A stretch of 64,000 nt of DNA from Calditrichia bacterium (GCA_963796965.1 CAWCNS010000005.1:544001-608000), one strand, 5' to 3'; shown: positions 1 through 11,808, counted from the stretch's first letter. Translations and numbers: made by a program. Notes: a model not told the origin generated them from the sequence alone.

Positions 1-1047
1 CCAATTTCAGCAGTACGATGCATCTCCCAGGTTCGGATCTGGATTTCCACCATTTTACCCAAGCGTTCCGACGACAGTCGTATGTAGCGATTGGTAACCA
101 TTCAACTTGGGCATGGCAATATAGTCTTTAAAACGGTCATAGACAGGCATAAAAAGATTATGTACTAATTCCTAGTAGCATAATAACATTCTTCAATTTT
201 ATTGACAATAATTCGGATGGCTAAAAGGTCATAGATTTCTTCAAAGGGCTTATGACGTCTTTTCATTTTGTCATAAATGCTAGAAAAAGTGTTTCGCTCT
301 ACCCACAACCGAAGCCTTAATATTTGCTTTTTCTAATTCTTCCATAATCGGAGATGTAATTTCTGTCAGAAAGGCTTCCCTCTCCTCCCGCCTTTGATTA
401 ACCTTTCTGTTGATGTCTTCGTACGCATCCTCATCAATATGTTTAAGAGTGAGATCTTCCAACTCCCATTTAATGGTAGCAATACCAAACCTGTGGGCGA
501 GAGGTACGTAAACATCTCTCGTCTCGATTGCAATTCGCTCCCGCTTTTTTATGGGGACATGTTCGAGAGTGCGCATATTATGCAGCCGATCAGCAAACTT
601 AATAATGATAACCCTGACATCCCGGGCCATCGAAAGGAGCATTTTCCTAAAAGTTTCGGCCTGACGTTTCTCTCTGCTTTCAAATTTTAGTTCACCAATT
701 TTGGTGACACCATCGACCAATGCGGCAATTTCGGTACCAAATTGTTCTTCCAGTTCCTCCAATGGTATCCCGGTATCTTCAACAGAATCATGGAGAAATC
801 CGGCTGAAATGGTCGTGCTATCCATTTTCAGATCAGCGAGGATATTCGCAACTTCAAACAAGTGGTCAAAATATGGCCGTCCGGAGTATCGTTGCTGGGT
901 CTGATGTGCTCTGATGCTAAAATTATAGGCATCCCTTAAAGTTTCAATATCCGAATCAATACTATATTCAGAGACTGAAGCAATAATAGCTTCAAAACGC
1001 CCATCATATTCTTCATGTAGTTTTTTTATTAGTTTTTCAGCCGGCAT
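1..1047 (-). CDS. relA: RelA/SpoT bifunctional (p)ppGpp synthetase/hydrolase, 3' end runs off the window; indels near 280 and 170
   Basis: HD hydrolase motifs ([27 protein letters not shown]) and GRAKH. After a frameshift in a T run the sequence continues [23 protein letters not shown]. Confidence 0.93.
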
Positions 1048-1082
1048 AATACTTCGTAATCTTAAATTCCAATACTTATTTT

Positions 1083-1183
1083 AAACACAAAGGACACCAA
1101 GGATGCACAAAGTTCACAAAGGAAAAACATTATTTTAATATACTCTTTATGGCCTTTGTGCCTTCTCTGAGAACTTTGTGTTT
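1083..1183. repeat. Inverted-repeat element with ~9-nt tandem units (AAACACAAAG...CTTTGTGTTT)
   Basis: Arms are imperfect tandem CAC(A/C)AAG units around an AT-rich core. Similar copies at 34738-34837 and a half copy at 58216-58254. Confidence 0.75.
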
Positions 1184-1199
1184 GTCTTATTTTTAAAAT

Positions 1200-2591
1200 T
1201 CATCGGGAAAATATACACCCTTCTTCTGTAAAGGGTGCGGGATCTGAAAATTTCCCAAATTCTTTCAAGAAATTTAATTTAACACTTCCAACCGGTCCGT
1301 TTCGTTGTTTACCAATGATAATTTCACACTTATTATAAGTGCTCTCCTTTGTATCTTCAAATTCTTTAATATCATAATATTCAGGACGGTAGACAAAACA
1401 TACAACATCGGCATCCTGTTCAATAGCCCCTGACTCACGCAAATCTGACAATTGTGGTTTTCTTGATTTATCGCGGGTTTCCACTGCCCGCGATAACTGG
1501 GAGAGGGCTATAACAGGAACATTTAGTTCCTTAGCAAGATTTTTTAATGAACGGCTAATTTTTGAAATTTCCTGCTGGCGGCTTTCTTCCCGGGGCGATT
1601 CCATCAATTGCAAATAATCCACAATAAACATCTGAACATTTTTTTCTGCTACAAGCCGTCTTGCCTTGGAACGTAGTTGGAGTATTGTTAATCCAGGCGT
1701 GTCATCAATATATACAGGCGCTGCATCTAATATCCCCACATATTGTGACAACCGCTTAAGTTCCTCGCTGCTTAATCTCCCTGTTCTTACATTACTTTGG
1801 TTTACCATCGATTCCATACATAATAATCTAAGAACAAGAGCTTCCGCGGACATTTCGAGACTAAAGAAACCAACCGGAACCTTCATTTCCACTGCCGCAT
1901 TTCTTGCCAGATTTAATGCCCAGGCGGTTTTTCCCATTGACGGTCTTCCGGCAATGACGATAAAATCTGCTTTTTGAAATCCGGCAGTAAATTCATCCAT
2001 CTTCTTATATCCGGTAGATATTCCGGTTACACCGGTTTTTGATGTATGATAGAGTTCTTCTATCCGTTCAAATGTCGTATGAAGCAAGGGATTTATGGAT
2101 TCAAAACCCTTTTTTAATCTTTGCTCTGAAATCTCAAAGATCGCTTTTTCAGCACCATCCAAAAGTAAATCAGCATCATTTTTCTGCTCATATGCTTCCG
2201 TAATAACATTGTTACACACATTTATCAATTTACGGGCAATAGCCTTTTCTTTTACAATATTCAGATGATAGAGGATATTGGCAGATGAAGGTACAATATT
2301 GGCAATTTCTGCCAAATAATAAGAACCCCCCGTTTCTTCCATCTGCCCTTTTTTCTTTAACAGTTCAGTAATCGTGTATAAATCCGCAGATTCGTGCTTA
2401 TCAAACAACTCAACAATTACCTGGTATATTTTTCTGTGTGTATCTTTATAAAAATATGTTTCATCAATAGTTTCAATTGCATTGGCCACTGCTTCCTTAT
2501 CAAGCATCATTGCACAAAGAACCGCCTGTTCTACATCGACGGCTTGAGGAGGTGCTTTAAGATGACCAGATTCTGTTGATGTTGCTGCCAT
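1200..2591 (-). CDS. dnaB: Replicative DNA helicase
   Basis: PPQ..EQAVL N-terminus, Walker A AGRPSMGKT, DYLQL, LSQLSR, DLRESGAIEQDAD. Confidence 0.98.
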   Translation of the reverse strand: MAATSTESGHLKAPPQAVDVEQAVLCAMMLDKEAVANAIETIDETYFYKDTHRKIYQVIVELFDKHESADLYTITELLKKKGQMEETGGSYYLAEIANIVPSSANILYHLNIVKEKAIARKLINVCNNVITEAYEQKNDADLLLDGAEKAIFEISEQRLKKGFESINPLLHTTFERIEELYHTSKTGVTGISTGYKKMDEFTAGFQKADFIVIAGRPSMGKTAWALNLARNAAVEMKVPVGFFSLEMSAEALVLRLLCMESMVNQSNVRTGRLSSEELKRLSQYVGILDAAPVYIDDTPGLTILQLRSKARRLVAEKNVQMFIVDYLQLMESPREESRQQEISKISRSLKNLAKELNVPVIALSQLSRAVETRDKSRKPQLSDLRESGAIEQDADVVCFVYRPEYYDIKEFEDTKESTYNKCEIIIGKQRNGPVGSVKLNFLKEFGKFSDPAPFTEEGCIFSR

Positions 2592-2814
2592 GCCTTTACC
2601 TTATTCTCTCTTTTAAACTAGTTATATGGGTTTATCTATATTCAATAAGAAACTCTGAAGTTACCAGTAATTCTGGACTTTTCGCCGGGCCGACGTCGTT
2701 CAGGACCAGGTGATCGGCTTTTTTCGCGAAACTCACTTGGTCTCTATTAAAATTATTTATTTAGATAGGATAAAAAAAATTGCACCTACAGGCAAATAAT
2801 TTTAATGATTTAGG

Positions 2815-3531
2815 TCAACTTTTTTTAATATAGGATTGTATTGTTTTCAAATCTTCCCAGGCCTGCCTTTTCAAAGTTGGATTGCGCAATAGGGCTGCCG
2901 GATGATAGGTAACAATCAAAGGAAGATTATTATAGGAATGTATTTCACCCCTGAGGTTTCCTAAGGCAGATTTTGTCTTTAAAAGTGATGCAGATGCGAA
3001 CCTTCCCAGAGCAACAATAATTTTGGGAGAAATTAAATCAATTTGCTTTAACAGATAGGGTTCACATTGTTCGATTTCTTCAGGTTGTGGATCACGATTG
3101 TTGGGTGGTCGACACTTTAACACATTGGCAATAAACACTTCTTCCCTTTTTAACCCTATAGCGTTAAGCATAAGGGTTAATAATTGTCCCGCCCTGCCGA
3201 CAAAGGGTATCCCCTTTAAATCCTCATCTCTGCCAGGCGCCTCCCCGATTAACATCAAATCAGCATTATCATTACCCTCACCAAAAACAAAATTAGTTCT
3301 CGTAGTTCCCAAAGCACATTTGGTGCAATCCTTTATCTCGTAATAGAATTCATGTAAGGGTGTTTTAGGTTTTTTGTTCTTTTTCTTTTTTACCAGGGGT
3401 TGGGAAATTGGCGGGGCATTTAATGTTTGTGGTTTGTGGTCGCCAGTTTCCCTATCTAAAATCAGATCAGATCCATGCAAATCCTTCTGGGCTTTAAAAA
3501 AATTTTCAATATCTTCTAAAAGATCACTCAT
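2815..3531 (-). CDS. Family 4 uracil-DNA glycosylase (Fe-S type)
   Basis: CTKC, GEAPG, KCRPP.NR.P, HPAALLR motifs. Confidence 0.95.
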   Translation of the reverse strand: MSDLLEDIENFFKAQKDLHGSDLILDRETGDHKPQTLNAPPISQPLVKKKKNKKPKTPLHEFYYEIKDCTKCALGTTRTNFVFGEGNDNADLMLIGEAPGRDEDLKGIPFVGRAGQLLTLMLNAIGLKREEVFIANVLKCRPPNNRDPQPEEIEQCEPYLLKQIDLISPKIIVALGRFASASLLKTKSALGNLRGEIHSYNNLPLIVTYHPAALLRNPTLKRQAWEDLKTIQSYIKKS

Positions 3532-3660
3532 AAATAATCCAATATATATTTGTAATTGGGAATTAGTATTTCGTAATTAGTAATTTGGAATTGTGTCTAA
3601 TCAAATTACTAATTATGAGTTACAAATCACATGTTATAGATCCAATTGCCGATATCTATT

Positions 3661-5511
3661 CTATTTCTGTTTAAGCCAAATAATCTCATAGGGATCTAAT
3701 GCGACATCCAGTTTATCGTTAACGGCAGTAAAATTTCTTTTGCTTAAAATATCAAACCACTCGTTGCCATTCGTACCCAAATTCTCCAGATCTATTTGTA
3801 GGTTGACCATCATATCTGAAATGTTGGTCAAGGCCAGAATTCTTTCTTTTTGATCAATGGAAGTGCGAAGAACAGAGAAAACTTTGTTTGACAAATTAAG
3901 AATTTTCTGTCCGGCATTTGGATGAAACGCTTTTTGCCTGATCCTGTAATAAATTAATCTCACCAAACGAGAAGATATTTGATATATTTTAGTGCTTTCA
4001 TCCTCCAAAGCAGAAAGCAGTTCACGTTTCTTTATGGTCTTTCGGTTGATTCTCCGACGATCTGCCTCTTCTAATACGGCATCTGCATCATTTTTTGACC
4101 CTAAAAGACCATGTAAGTAGATTCCCGGAACCCCCATGATGACCAATGCAATCGCACGCGAAGCCAGATAGCGCTGAATTTGAATATCATCCGTCTCTTT
4201 TTTATTTTCGTCATTAATCGCACTATACCAGGTGATATTCATTTCATAGGGCGATTCGCTTCCATCTCCCTCGGCTTTGTATGAGATAAATCCACCATGC
4301 TCTAAAACGCGAAGCGTCATCATTTCGATCTCTTCGGGTGAAAGGATTCCCTTTACAGCCATAACACCAATACCATCATGGGAATCAAGAAAATTGAAAT
4401 AGGTGGCTGTATCGGATACTTTAGCCAGACCAGCGGCCCATTCGGTCAGTTTGGTTGAGTTTTGGTTTTGAAAAGTATGCAGAACCAGAGGAGGTAACGC
4501 AAAATTGTAAACCATTTGTGCTTCATCTTCTCCATTACCAAAATATCGTATATTGTCAGCATGTTGGACATTCGTTTCTGTAATCAATGCAACATGGGGT
4601 GCCACAGCATCAAGGACATCTCTGAACAACTTAATTGATACATGACTTTGATCCAAATGCACACAGGTGGTTCCCAATTCCTCCCATAAATATGTTACCG
4701 CATCCAAACGAACAATATCGGCCCCTCTTCTTACATAAGTAAGAAGAATATCTATCATCTTTAATAAAACCTGCGGATTAGTGAAATTCAGATCAATTTG
4801 ATCAGGACTAAATGTGGTCCAGACCATCCGGGAACCGTTCAAAGTTTTGAATTCAGTTAAGATATCCGAAGTTCTGGGGCGAACAATCAATTTAAGATGA
4901 TCATCGGATAGTTCTTCGCTGGTGGAAAATACGGTAAAAAACTTGCTGAAGTATTTATTTTGATTAAGAAATTCCTGAAACCATCTGCTCTTTGAAGATA
5001 CATGGTTGAACACGCCGTCAAACATAAGTTTAAACTCAGATCTCAGACTAAGGATATCATCCCATGTCCCAAGATGAGGATCAACTTCTTCAAAATCCAT
5101 GACGGAGAATCCCCGGTCGGAGGAATAAGGAAAAAATGGTAATAAGTGAAGTGTATTAAATACACCCCGCAAATATTCATTACACAATCTGGATAAAGTT
5201 ATAAGAGGTTTTTGATTTTTACCGGAGATGAGATCGCCATAAGTAATGAGAATGACGTCTTCTTCAGTAAACCTGTTGGCATCATCAAGATTGCGATCCC
5301 ATTCAACCATATCCGGGGTTTTATGGGCGTAATATACCTGCATGATGCGTAAAAGTTCTTCATAAACTTCATCCGCGGACTCTTTTCCATATAGAAATTC
5401 TAATTTCTCTTTTATCCTCTTACCAAGATCAGGATCAGGCTCAAAAACAGGGCGAGAATAGTCAGGTTCGAGATAGTGAAGATTTTTAGGAGAAGATGCG
5501 ATAGTGCTCAT
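3661..5511 (-). CDS. GH13_18 sugar phosphorylase, probably glucosylglycerate phosphorylase
   Basis: LITYGD, HLLPFFPYSSD.GF, WTTFS.DQIDLN, RLDAV, FLDSHDGIG. ETN and PYE motifs fit glucosylglycerate rather than sucrose phosphorylases. Confidence 0.85.
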   Translation of the reverse strand: MSTIASSPKNLHYLEPDYSRPVFEPDPDLGKRIKEKLEFLYGKESADEVYEELLRIMQVYYAHKTPDMVEWDRNLDDANRFTEEDVILITYGDLISGKNQKPLITLSRLCNEYLRGVFNTLHLLPFFPYSSDRGFSVMDFEEVDPHLGTWDDILSLRSEFKLMFDGVFNHVSSKSRWFQEFLNQNKYFSKFFTVFSTSEELSDDHLKLIVRPRTSDILTEFKTLNGSRMVWTTFSPDQIDLNFTNPQVLLKMIDILLTYVRRGADIVRLDAVTYLWEELGTTCVHLDQSHVSIKLFRDVLDAVAPHVALITETNVQHADNIRYFGNGEDEAQMVYNFALPPLVLHTFQNQNSTKLTEWAAGLAKVSDTATYFNFLDSHDGIGVMAVKGILSPEEIEMMTLRVLEHGGFISYKAEGDGSESPYEMNITWYSAINDENKKETDDIQIQRYLASRAIALVIMGVPGIYLHGLLGSKNDADAVLEEADRRRINRKTIKKRELLSALEDESTKIYQISSRLVRLIYYRIRQKAFHPNAGQKILNLSNKVFSVLRTSIDQKERILALTNISDMMVNLQIDLENLGTNGNEWFDILSKRNFTAVNDKLDVALDPYEIIWLKQK

Positions 5512-5551
5512 AGATTATGTATATATTTTCTTACAATGGTTGATAAGCAAT

Positions 5552-5887
5552 TCAGAATCCTAAAGTTGCATTATGTACATCATCAAAACATTTCAGTATT
5601 TTATTTAGATTTGTTACATCTAAAAGGTGTTTAACCAGGGGTACTGCGGTTGCAATCCTTACATCTCCATCATTGGATCGTGCAATTGATATCCGTGATA
5701 CAATAGCGCCAAGACCACTGGAATCCACATATCTTGTCTTACTCAGATCTATGATAAATTTATATTTTCCAGCTGCGACAGCTTCTTCAAATATCTTTTT
5801 TAACTCAACAGAATTCTTAATCGTCAATTGATTTGGACAAGATACAATCAGGATTCCATTTGGCATTTCTTTTGTTACAAAAGACAT
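5552..5887 (-). CDS. STAS-domain anti-sigma factor antagonist
   Basis: IIDLSKTRYVDSSGLG motif, 111 aa. Confidence 0.9.
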   Translation of the reverse strand: MSFVTKEMPNGILIVSCPNQLTIKNSVELKKIFEEAVAAGKYKFIIDLSKTRYVDSSGLGAIVSRISIARSNDGDVRIATAVPLVKHLLDVTNLNKILKCFDDVHNATLGF

Positions 5888-6056
5888 TTGACCCTCATAG
5901 ATAATACGATTTTGAATCTTTTACCTGATCTATTCATACCACCCCGTTATACGTGTCCTTTGACCCCGTAATACGGGGGGCAAACAAAAGACATAATTAA
6001 CCACCGAGTCCACCGCGTTTTACGCGGTGTGTTTCGGTGCTTTCGGTGGTTAAAAA

Positions 6057-6216
6057 TCTCTCGCAGAGCAGGTCCCAAAGGGATGCCTTTGGCAAAAGGC
6101 ACACAGAAAAAATATTTTAAAATTTTAAAAAAAGAGATTTAATTTTACACCAAATTATTAAACACTAACATAAATTATTTTAATAATAAACCTTTGGTCT
6201 CCCCGTCTTTGCGAGA
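6057..6216. repeat. Inverted-repeat element (TCTCGCAGAG...CTTTGCGAGA family)
   Basis: Terminal inverted arms around an AT-rich core. Related copies at 38147-38241, 48649-48824 and 49385-49548. Confidence 0.65.
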
Positions 6217-6267
6217 TAACTATATTCTCAGGTTGTGAGAACTTTGCTAAAATTACAAAGTTTTTGA

Positions 6268-8966
6268 CTATACTAGCAATGGATCTACCTTCTGGGGGTC
6301 AACCCCGAGATCCTGAATAGCCTTTTTAACACTTGCCATCGTTTTCTTTTTCTTTTTGGCCAGTTGATACAGAGTGGCTATTGTAATCGTTTCAGCATCG
6401 ATCTCAAAAAAGCGCCGTGTCGCCTCACGTGTATCACTGCGTCCAAAACCATCGGTTCCCAGAGAGAACAATCCCCGGGACCCAACGGGCAACTTGATCC
6501 GGCACGAGTTTCATATTATCTGAAGACGCAACAAAAACACCCTCTTCTTTTTCGAGGAGTGTTTCTAAATAGTTCTTCCGAACTTCTTTTCCCGGATTAA
6601 ACATATTCCAACGTTCCGTGGCCAAAGCGTCTCGTCTCAATTCTTTATAACTTGTTGCACTCCAGACATCGGTACTGACTTTATACTTTTTCTCAAGAAT
6701 ATCCCGTGCTCTCAATGCTTCCTTGAGGATCGAGCCACTTCCAAATAAATGGGCACGTGGCGCGTCCTTTGCTTTTAATGCGGATTGAGACATTTTGTAA
6801 AGACCTTTTAAGATGCCCTGTTTGCTGTTTTTGGGCATGGAGCCCTGAGGATAGTTCTCATTGCCAACGGTAATATAGTAAAAAATGTCTTCCCGTTCTT
6901 TATACATACGCCTCAATCCTTCCTGGATTATGACCGCAATCTCATATGCATAGGCAGGATCATAGGTAATCAGATTAGGTACTGTACTGGCAAGAACATG
7001 GCTATGGCCATCAGCATGTTGGAGCCCTTCACCCATAAGAGTTGTTCGTCCTGCTGTTGCACCAACTAAAAATCCTTTTCCCCGTAAATCACCAAACGCC
7101 CAGATTTGATCACCAACGCGTTGAAACCCGAACATAGAGTAGTAGACAAAAAATGGAATCATATCCATTCCATGACTGGCATAGGCCGTTCCGGCAGCCG
7201 TGAAGGAAGCCATTGATCCGGCTTCAGTAATTCCTTCTTCTAAAATCTGCCCATCCTTAGCTTCTCGGTAATATAAAAAATTGCTTGCATCAACAGGATC
7301 ATATAATTGTCCGACGCGTGAATAAATTCCAAATTGCCTGAATAAAGATTCCATACCAAAAGTACGTGCCTCATCCGGAATAATCGGAGTAATCCGTTTA
7401 CCAATGATTGGATCCTTCATTAGAATGGTCAACATTCGCACAAAAGCCTTGGGTTGTGGAAACATCGCGATCAGAGCCACTCATAAACTCGTTAAAAACA
7501 TGTGTACTGGGTATCGTAATCGGCACTGAAACAGTTTTTCGACTGGGCACAAAACCACCCAAATTTTTACGCATATCCAGTAGATATTGCATCTCTTCAC
7601 TCTTCTCATCCGGACGATAAAAAGGTGCTTTATCTAATTTGCTGTCAGGAATGGGTATATCAAAACGATCGCGAAAATCCTTCATCTCATCATCATTAAG
7701 TTTCTTAACCTGATGGGTAACATTTTTACCTTCACCTGCCTCACCAAGACCATATCCTTTTATAGTTCGGGCTAATATAACTGTGGGAGCAGACTTGCTT
7801 TCGGCAGCTGTTTTAAAAGCAGAAAACACCTTTTCCGGGTCGTGTCCACCCAGGCGAAGTTTCCAAACCTGCTCATCGGAAAGATGATCCACTAACTTTA
7901 ATAACTCTGGGTATTTCCCGAAAAAGGTTTTTCGTACATAATCACCGGATTCAACAATATACTTTTGGGATTCTCCGTCGAGATATTCATTCATTCGCTG
8001 AACCAGCAAACCGGTGTCGTCATTTGCAAGCAAAGTATCCCAATCTCCACCCCATAATACTTTTAGCACATTCCAGCCGGCCCCCCGAAACAGTCTTTCC
8101 AATTCCTGAACAATTTTACCATTACCCCGAACAGGACCATCCAATCTTTGCAAATTGCAATTGATAACAAAAACAAGATTATTTAATTGCTCACGTGCGG
8201 CCAGACTAATGGCACCTAATGCTTCCGGTTCATCTGTTTCACCATCGCCTAAAAATGCCCATACCCGTTGATTAGAAGTATCTTTGAGGCCACGATCCTG
8301 AAGATAGCGGTTAAATCTGGCTTGATATATGGCAGAGATCGGGCCTATCCCCATAGATACGGTAGGGAATTCCCAAAAATCGGGCATCAACCAGGGATGA
8401 GGATAAGACGAGAGTCCTTTCCCCTTGACAACTTCACGTCGAAAATGCTCTAACTGGCTGACCGAAAGACGACCTTCTAGAAAAGCACGTGAGTAAATAC
8501 CTGGTGAGGCATGACCCTGAAAATATATCTGATCACCGTCAAAACCATCTCCCTTTGCTCGGAAGAAATGATTAAACCCTACTTCATAAAGAGTAGCCGC
8601 TGATGCATAAGTCGAAATATGTCCACCTATACCTGAATAGTTTTTATTTGCCCTTACTACCATGGCCATCGCATTCCAACGAATCAGACTTTTAATACGA
8701 CGTTCAATTTTTCTATTTCCTGGATATACCGGTTGTCTCTCTACAGGAATCGTATTGATATAGGGTGTATTGGCTGTGAAAGGCAATCGTATACCATTTT
8801 GAAAACTCTTTTGAATCAAACGGTTCAGGATAAAGCGGGCCCGCTCCGGCCCTCGTGCTTTCAGAACACTTTCAAGAGCCTCTAACCATTCCTCTGTCTC
8901 CTCAACATCAAAATCCTTATTTACCTGGAACTCATGATCCATTGATTCAATATTAAAACCAGTCAT
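6268..8966 (-). CDS. aceE: Pyruvate dehydrogenase E1, homodimeric type; split into 3 ORFs by 2 indels
   Basis: [54 protein letters not shown] motifs across 7398-8966, 6434-7480 and 6268-6492. Confidence 0.95.
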
Positions 8967-9226
8967 ATGCTTATAATCCTCCTAAAGTCAAAATCTTGCT
9001 CTATTCAAGATAATTCCCAAAATACAGAGAGCATATCTTAAATATATTTTTATCTGGAATCCCTTAATAAGACCAGTAACGCACCCTACCCGTTTGTAAT
9101 TGCATTTAAGCAAAGTAGATTAGCCTTTTGGTGAACAACAGATTATAGTAGAAGAAAAATCTATTAAATAAAATTCCTATAAATACCGGTAATTGCGGGA
9201 AATATTCAACAATTTATGTTATTATT

Positions 9227-9676
9227 TTATTCTTGGGCTATTTTCCGGATCAGCTCAACTAAACGGGTGACATTTTTATGTGAATCAGGCACGACAATAA
9301 TGGAGTCGTCCCCTGCAACCGTACCTATAATATGACTTTCTTTCATTCTATCCAGGTAGAGCGCTACTCCCTGGGCTCTTCCAGGCATTGTTCTTATTAT
9401 TACGGTAGATTCATTATTAAGAACATTAATAATTTCCATACCAATGAGTTGCTTTAGGGTATTTTCAGAATCATCAAGATGAAAGACATATCTAAATCCT
9501 GAATCTGTGGGGATTCGAACAATTCCTAATTCATGGAGATCTCGGGAGAGAGTAGCCTGTGTGGTTTCATATCCATTTTTCTCTAATAATTTACAAAGTT
9601 CTTCCTGGCTGGATACTTCAGTTGTAGAAATAATCTCTTTTATAACGGCCTGTCGCCCATGCTTGTTATGTGTCAT
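9227..9676 (-). CDS. argR: Arginine repressor
   Basis: SQEEL, TQATLSRDL, GTVAGDD motifs. Confidence 0.95.
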   Translation of the reverse strand: MTHNKHGRQAVIKEIISTTEVSSQEELCKLLEKNGYETTQATLSRDLHELGIVRIPTDSGFRYVFHLDDSENTLKQLIGMEIINVLNNESTVIIRTMPGRAQGVALYLDRMKESHIIGTVAGDDSIIVVPDSHKNVTRLVELIRKIAQE

Positions 9677-9895
9677 TTTGGTCTATTTTCCAGATTTTTA
9701 GTTACTCAGATATTCAACATCAGGATTAACGAACGCATTGGTTTGCCATTGCATAGGATACTATAATAAAAATAAGTTTATTTGAAATTAAGAATTGGTC
9801 AGGGAATTCATTGACCCAATCATTAATACGTACCCATATATTGATAGCCCACGTCCATTTAGAAGATATTAGCGAATTTTTAAAACGATTTCAAA

Positions 9896-9933
9896 TTTGA
9901 TTAATCATGCATCGGGATGCATAATTACTCAAG
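9896..9933. promoter_or_regulatory. Tandem ARG-box-like operators between argR and the divergent EamA gene
   Basis: Cores TGATTAATCATGCA (9898-9911) and TGCATAATTACTCA (9918-9931) resemble TGMATWWWWATKCA. The 18-bp boxes are 2 bp apart. Confidence 0.65.
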
Positions 9934-10129
9934 GTAAAGAAGTAAATGAAAAATATTTTGATCATTTATATCTATTTTGTAAATAGACCGCGTCTCTATT
10001 TTACTATTTCTCTGAAATGATGCTCTGAAATAAAACCAGTTGAAATTCAGATGAAGACAGAAATAGTTAATTATAATCTCTATTCTATGAATAGCCCCAC
10101 TAAATTACCAGATTGAGGGTTGAAGGAAT

Positions 10130-11050
10130 TTGGAGCAACCGATGTTTAAGAAAAAACCTTCTCAAACTATGGCCGATCTCGGATTGGTAACGGTAACCTT
10201 GTTCTGGGGTTCGACCTTTATACTCTCTAAACTCGTTCTCGAACAAATTCCACTAGGCACTTACCTGGTTATTCGATTAAATTTTGCTGCCATTTTTATG
10301 TCAATTTTCGCTTTTCGATATTGGAAATCAATTACAAGACAAACCTTAATCCATGGTATAATTCTGGGTGTTTTCTTATTTTTCTCCTATTTTTTTCAGA
10401 TGTGGGGTATTCAATATACAAGCGCCTCAAATGCGGGATTTATTACTGGTTTAAATGTGGTACTTGTACCTGTTTTTTCGATGCTCTTTTATGGAGATCA
10501 TCCCAAAAAAGCTTCTTTATTCGGTGTAATGTTTGCTATCATTGGACTTTATTTTCTTTCCGGCGGGGACTTTGCATCTTTAACAAGGGGTGATTGGCTT
10601 GTATTTGTATGCGCCATTGTCGTCACCTTCCATGTCATTTACACTGGTAAATTTGCGCCGCATAACAATATCTATCTTTTAACTGCCATACAACTTATTA
10701 CCATCGGTGTTCTAAGTTTGATATTATTACCCTTTCAGGAAGACGCGCTACCTACTATTAGCACATCTGTGATATTAATCCTCGTTTATCTTGCACTTTT
10801 TGGCACCACATATACCTTTTTAATGCAAACCGCCATGCAAAGATTTACGACTGCTACACGGACGGCACTTGTCTTTTCCCTTGAGCCGGTTTTTGCCACT
10901 CTTTTCGCTTATATCATTGCTGAAGAATCGCTGACAGCTATCGGTTGGTTTGGTGGATTTCTTATACTTTGCGGCATGATTATCGCAGAAATAAGCTGGG
11001 AAAAAATTTTTCGAGGTAAATTTTTCGTAAATCAAAGCAAAAAAATATAA
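10130..11050 (+). CDS. DMT/EamA family transporter
   Basis: FWGSTF, TSASNAGFITGL, SLEPVFA motifs; about 10 hydrophobic helices. Confidence 0.92.
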   Translation: MEQPMFKKKPSQTMADLGLVTVTLFWGSTFILSKLVLEQIPLGTYLVIRLNFAAIFMSIFAFRYWKSITRQTLIHGIILGVFLFFSYFFQMWGIQYTSASNAGFITGLNVVLVPVFSMLFYGDHPKKASLFGVMFAIIGLYFLSGGDFASLTRGDWLVFVCAIVVTFHVIYTGKFAPHNNIYLLTAIQLITIGVLSLILLPFQEDALPTISTSVILILVYLALFGTTYTFLMQTAMQRFTTATRTALVFSLEPVFATLFAYIIAEESLTAIGWFGGFLILCGMIIAEISWEKIFRGKFFVNQSKKI

Positions 11051-11210
11051 CCCCAATTCAAACTGTTTCAAAAGAAACTATTTGTTTCAAATATTAATAT
11101 TGATTCAACTCCTTAATATTATGACACTTACGGCGTATTTCGTTCAAGATTGAAACAGACTGTTCACATAGGCACAACTCAGGACCTATTGTTTTTATTG
11201 AAGTTACGAG

Positions 11211-11705
11211 TTGGCAAAGAATATGTATGGTATTCTCTGTGAAGAGGTATACATGGACGAAATGCTTGGAAATCATTATTTTTTAGCCCGCAACTATAAT
11301 CGTGCGGCTGGTTTGCTTGAAAATGCGCTGCGGGTTGATCCAAAAAACAAGCCAATGCGCAGAAAGATCATCATTTGTTTTGCCCAAACGGGTCAGGTAG
11401 ATAAAGCCTTAAAAGTCTTTATATCCCTTATAAAGGAGGATATCGACTTTGTCATCAATACCGATCCCATTGATGATGATTGCCCTTGTCCGGAACTCGT
11501 GTTTGAATTAGAGAACGAGTTACAGAATAATCGTAATTCCCTCGACTTCAATCTGATACTTGGTATGTTATGGTTATATTGCAAGTTAGATAAATCTGTG
11601 GAATACTTCGAAAAGGCTTACTTGATAGATAAAGATAACAACTCAATCAAATCAATCCGTGCCCTTCTCACTGCAAGGTTAGAAAAAGAACCCTCCGATA
11701 TATAA
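11211..11705 (+). CDS. Small TPR-like helical protein (start uncertain)
   Basis: LG..YF..RNY..A...LE.AL..DP.N TPR pattern; DDDCPCPE motif. Confidence 0.65.
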   Translation: MAKNMYGILCEEVYMDEMLGNHYFLARNYNRAAGLLENALRVDPKNKPMRRKIIICFAQTGQVDKALKVFISLIKEDIDFVINTDPIDDDCPCPELVFELENELQNNRNSLDFNLILGMLWLYCKLDKSVEYFEKAYLIDKDNNSIKSIRALLTARLEKEPSDI

Positions 11706-11808
11706 TCAAAAGAAAACAGCTGTTTGCTGATTTCATCATTTAAGCCACTTTCATTTATTAGAACGATTTATTCAATTTAAAAAATTCATTTTGGATTCTT
11801 AACATTTA

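Noticed and set aside
2664..2745. Hammerhead ribozyme (CUGA..GA...GAAA on the minus strand)
   Set aside because: The core has extra bases and no stem III or cleavage triplet can be formed. It is kept only as a generic structured-RNA candidate.
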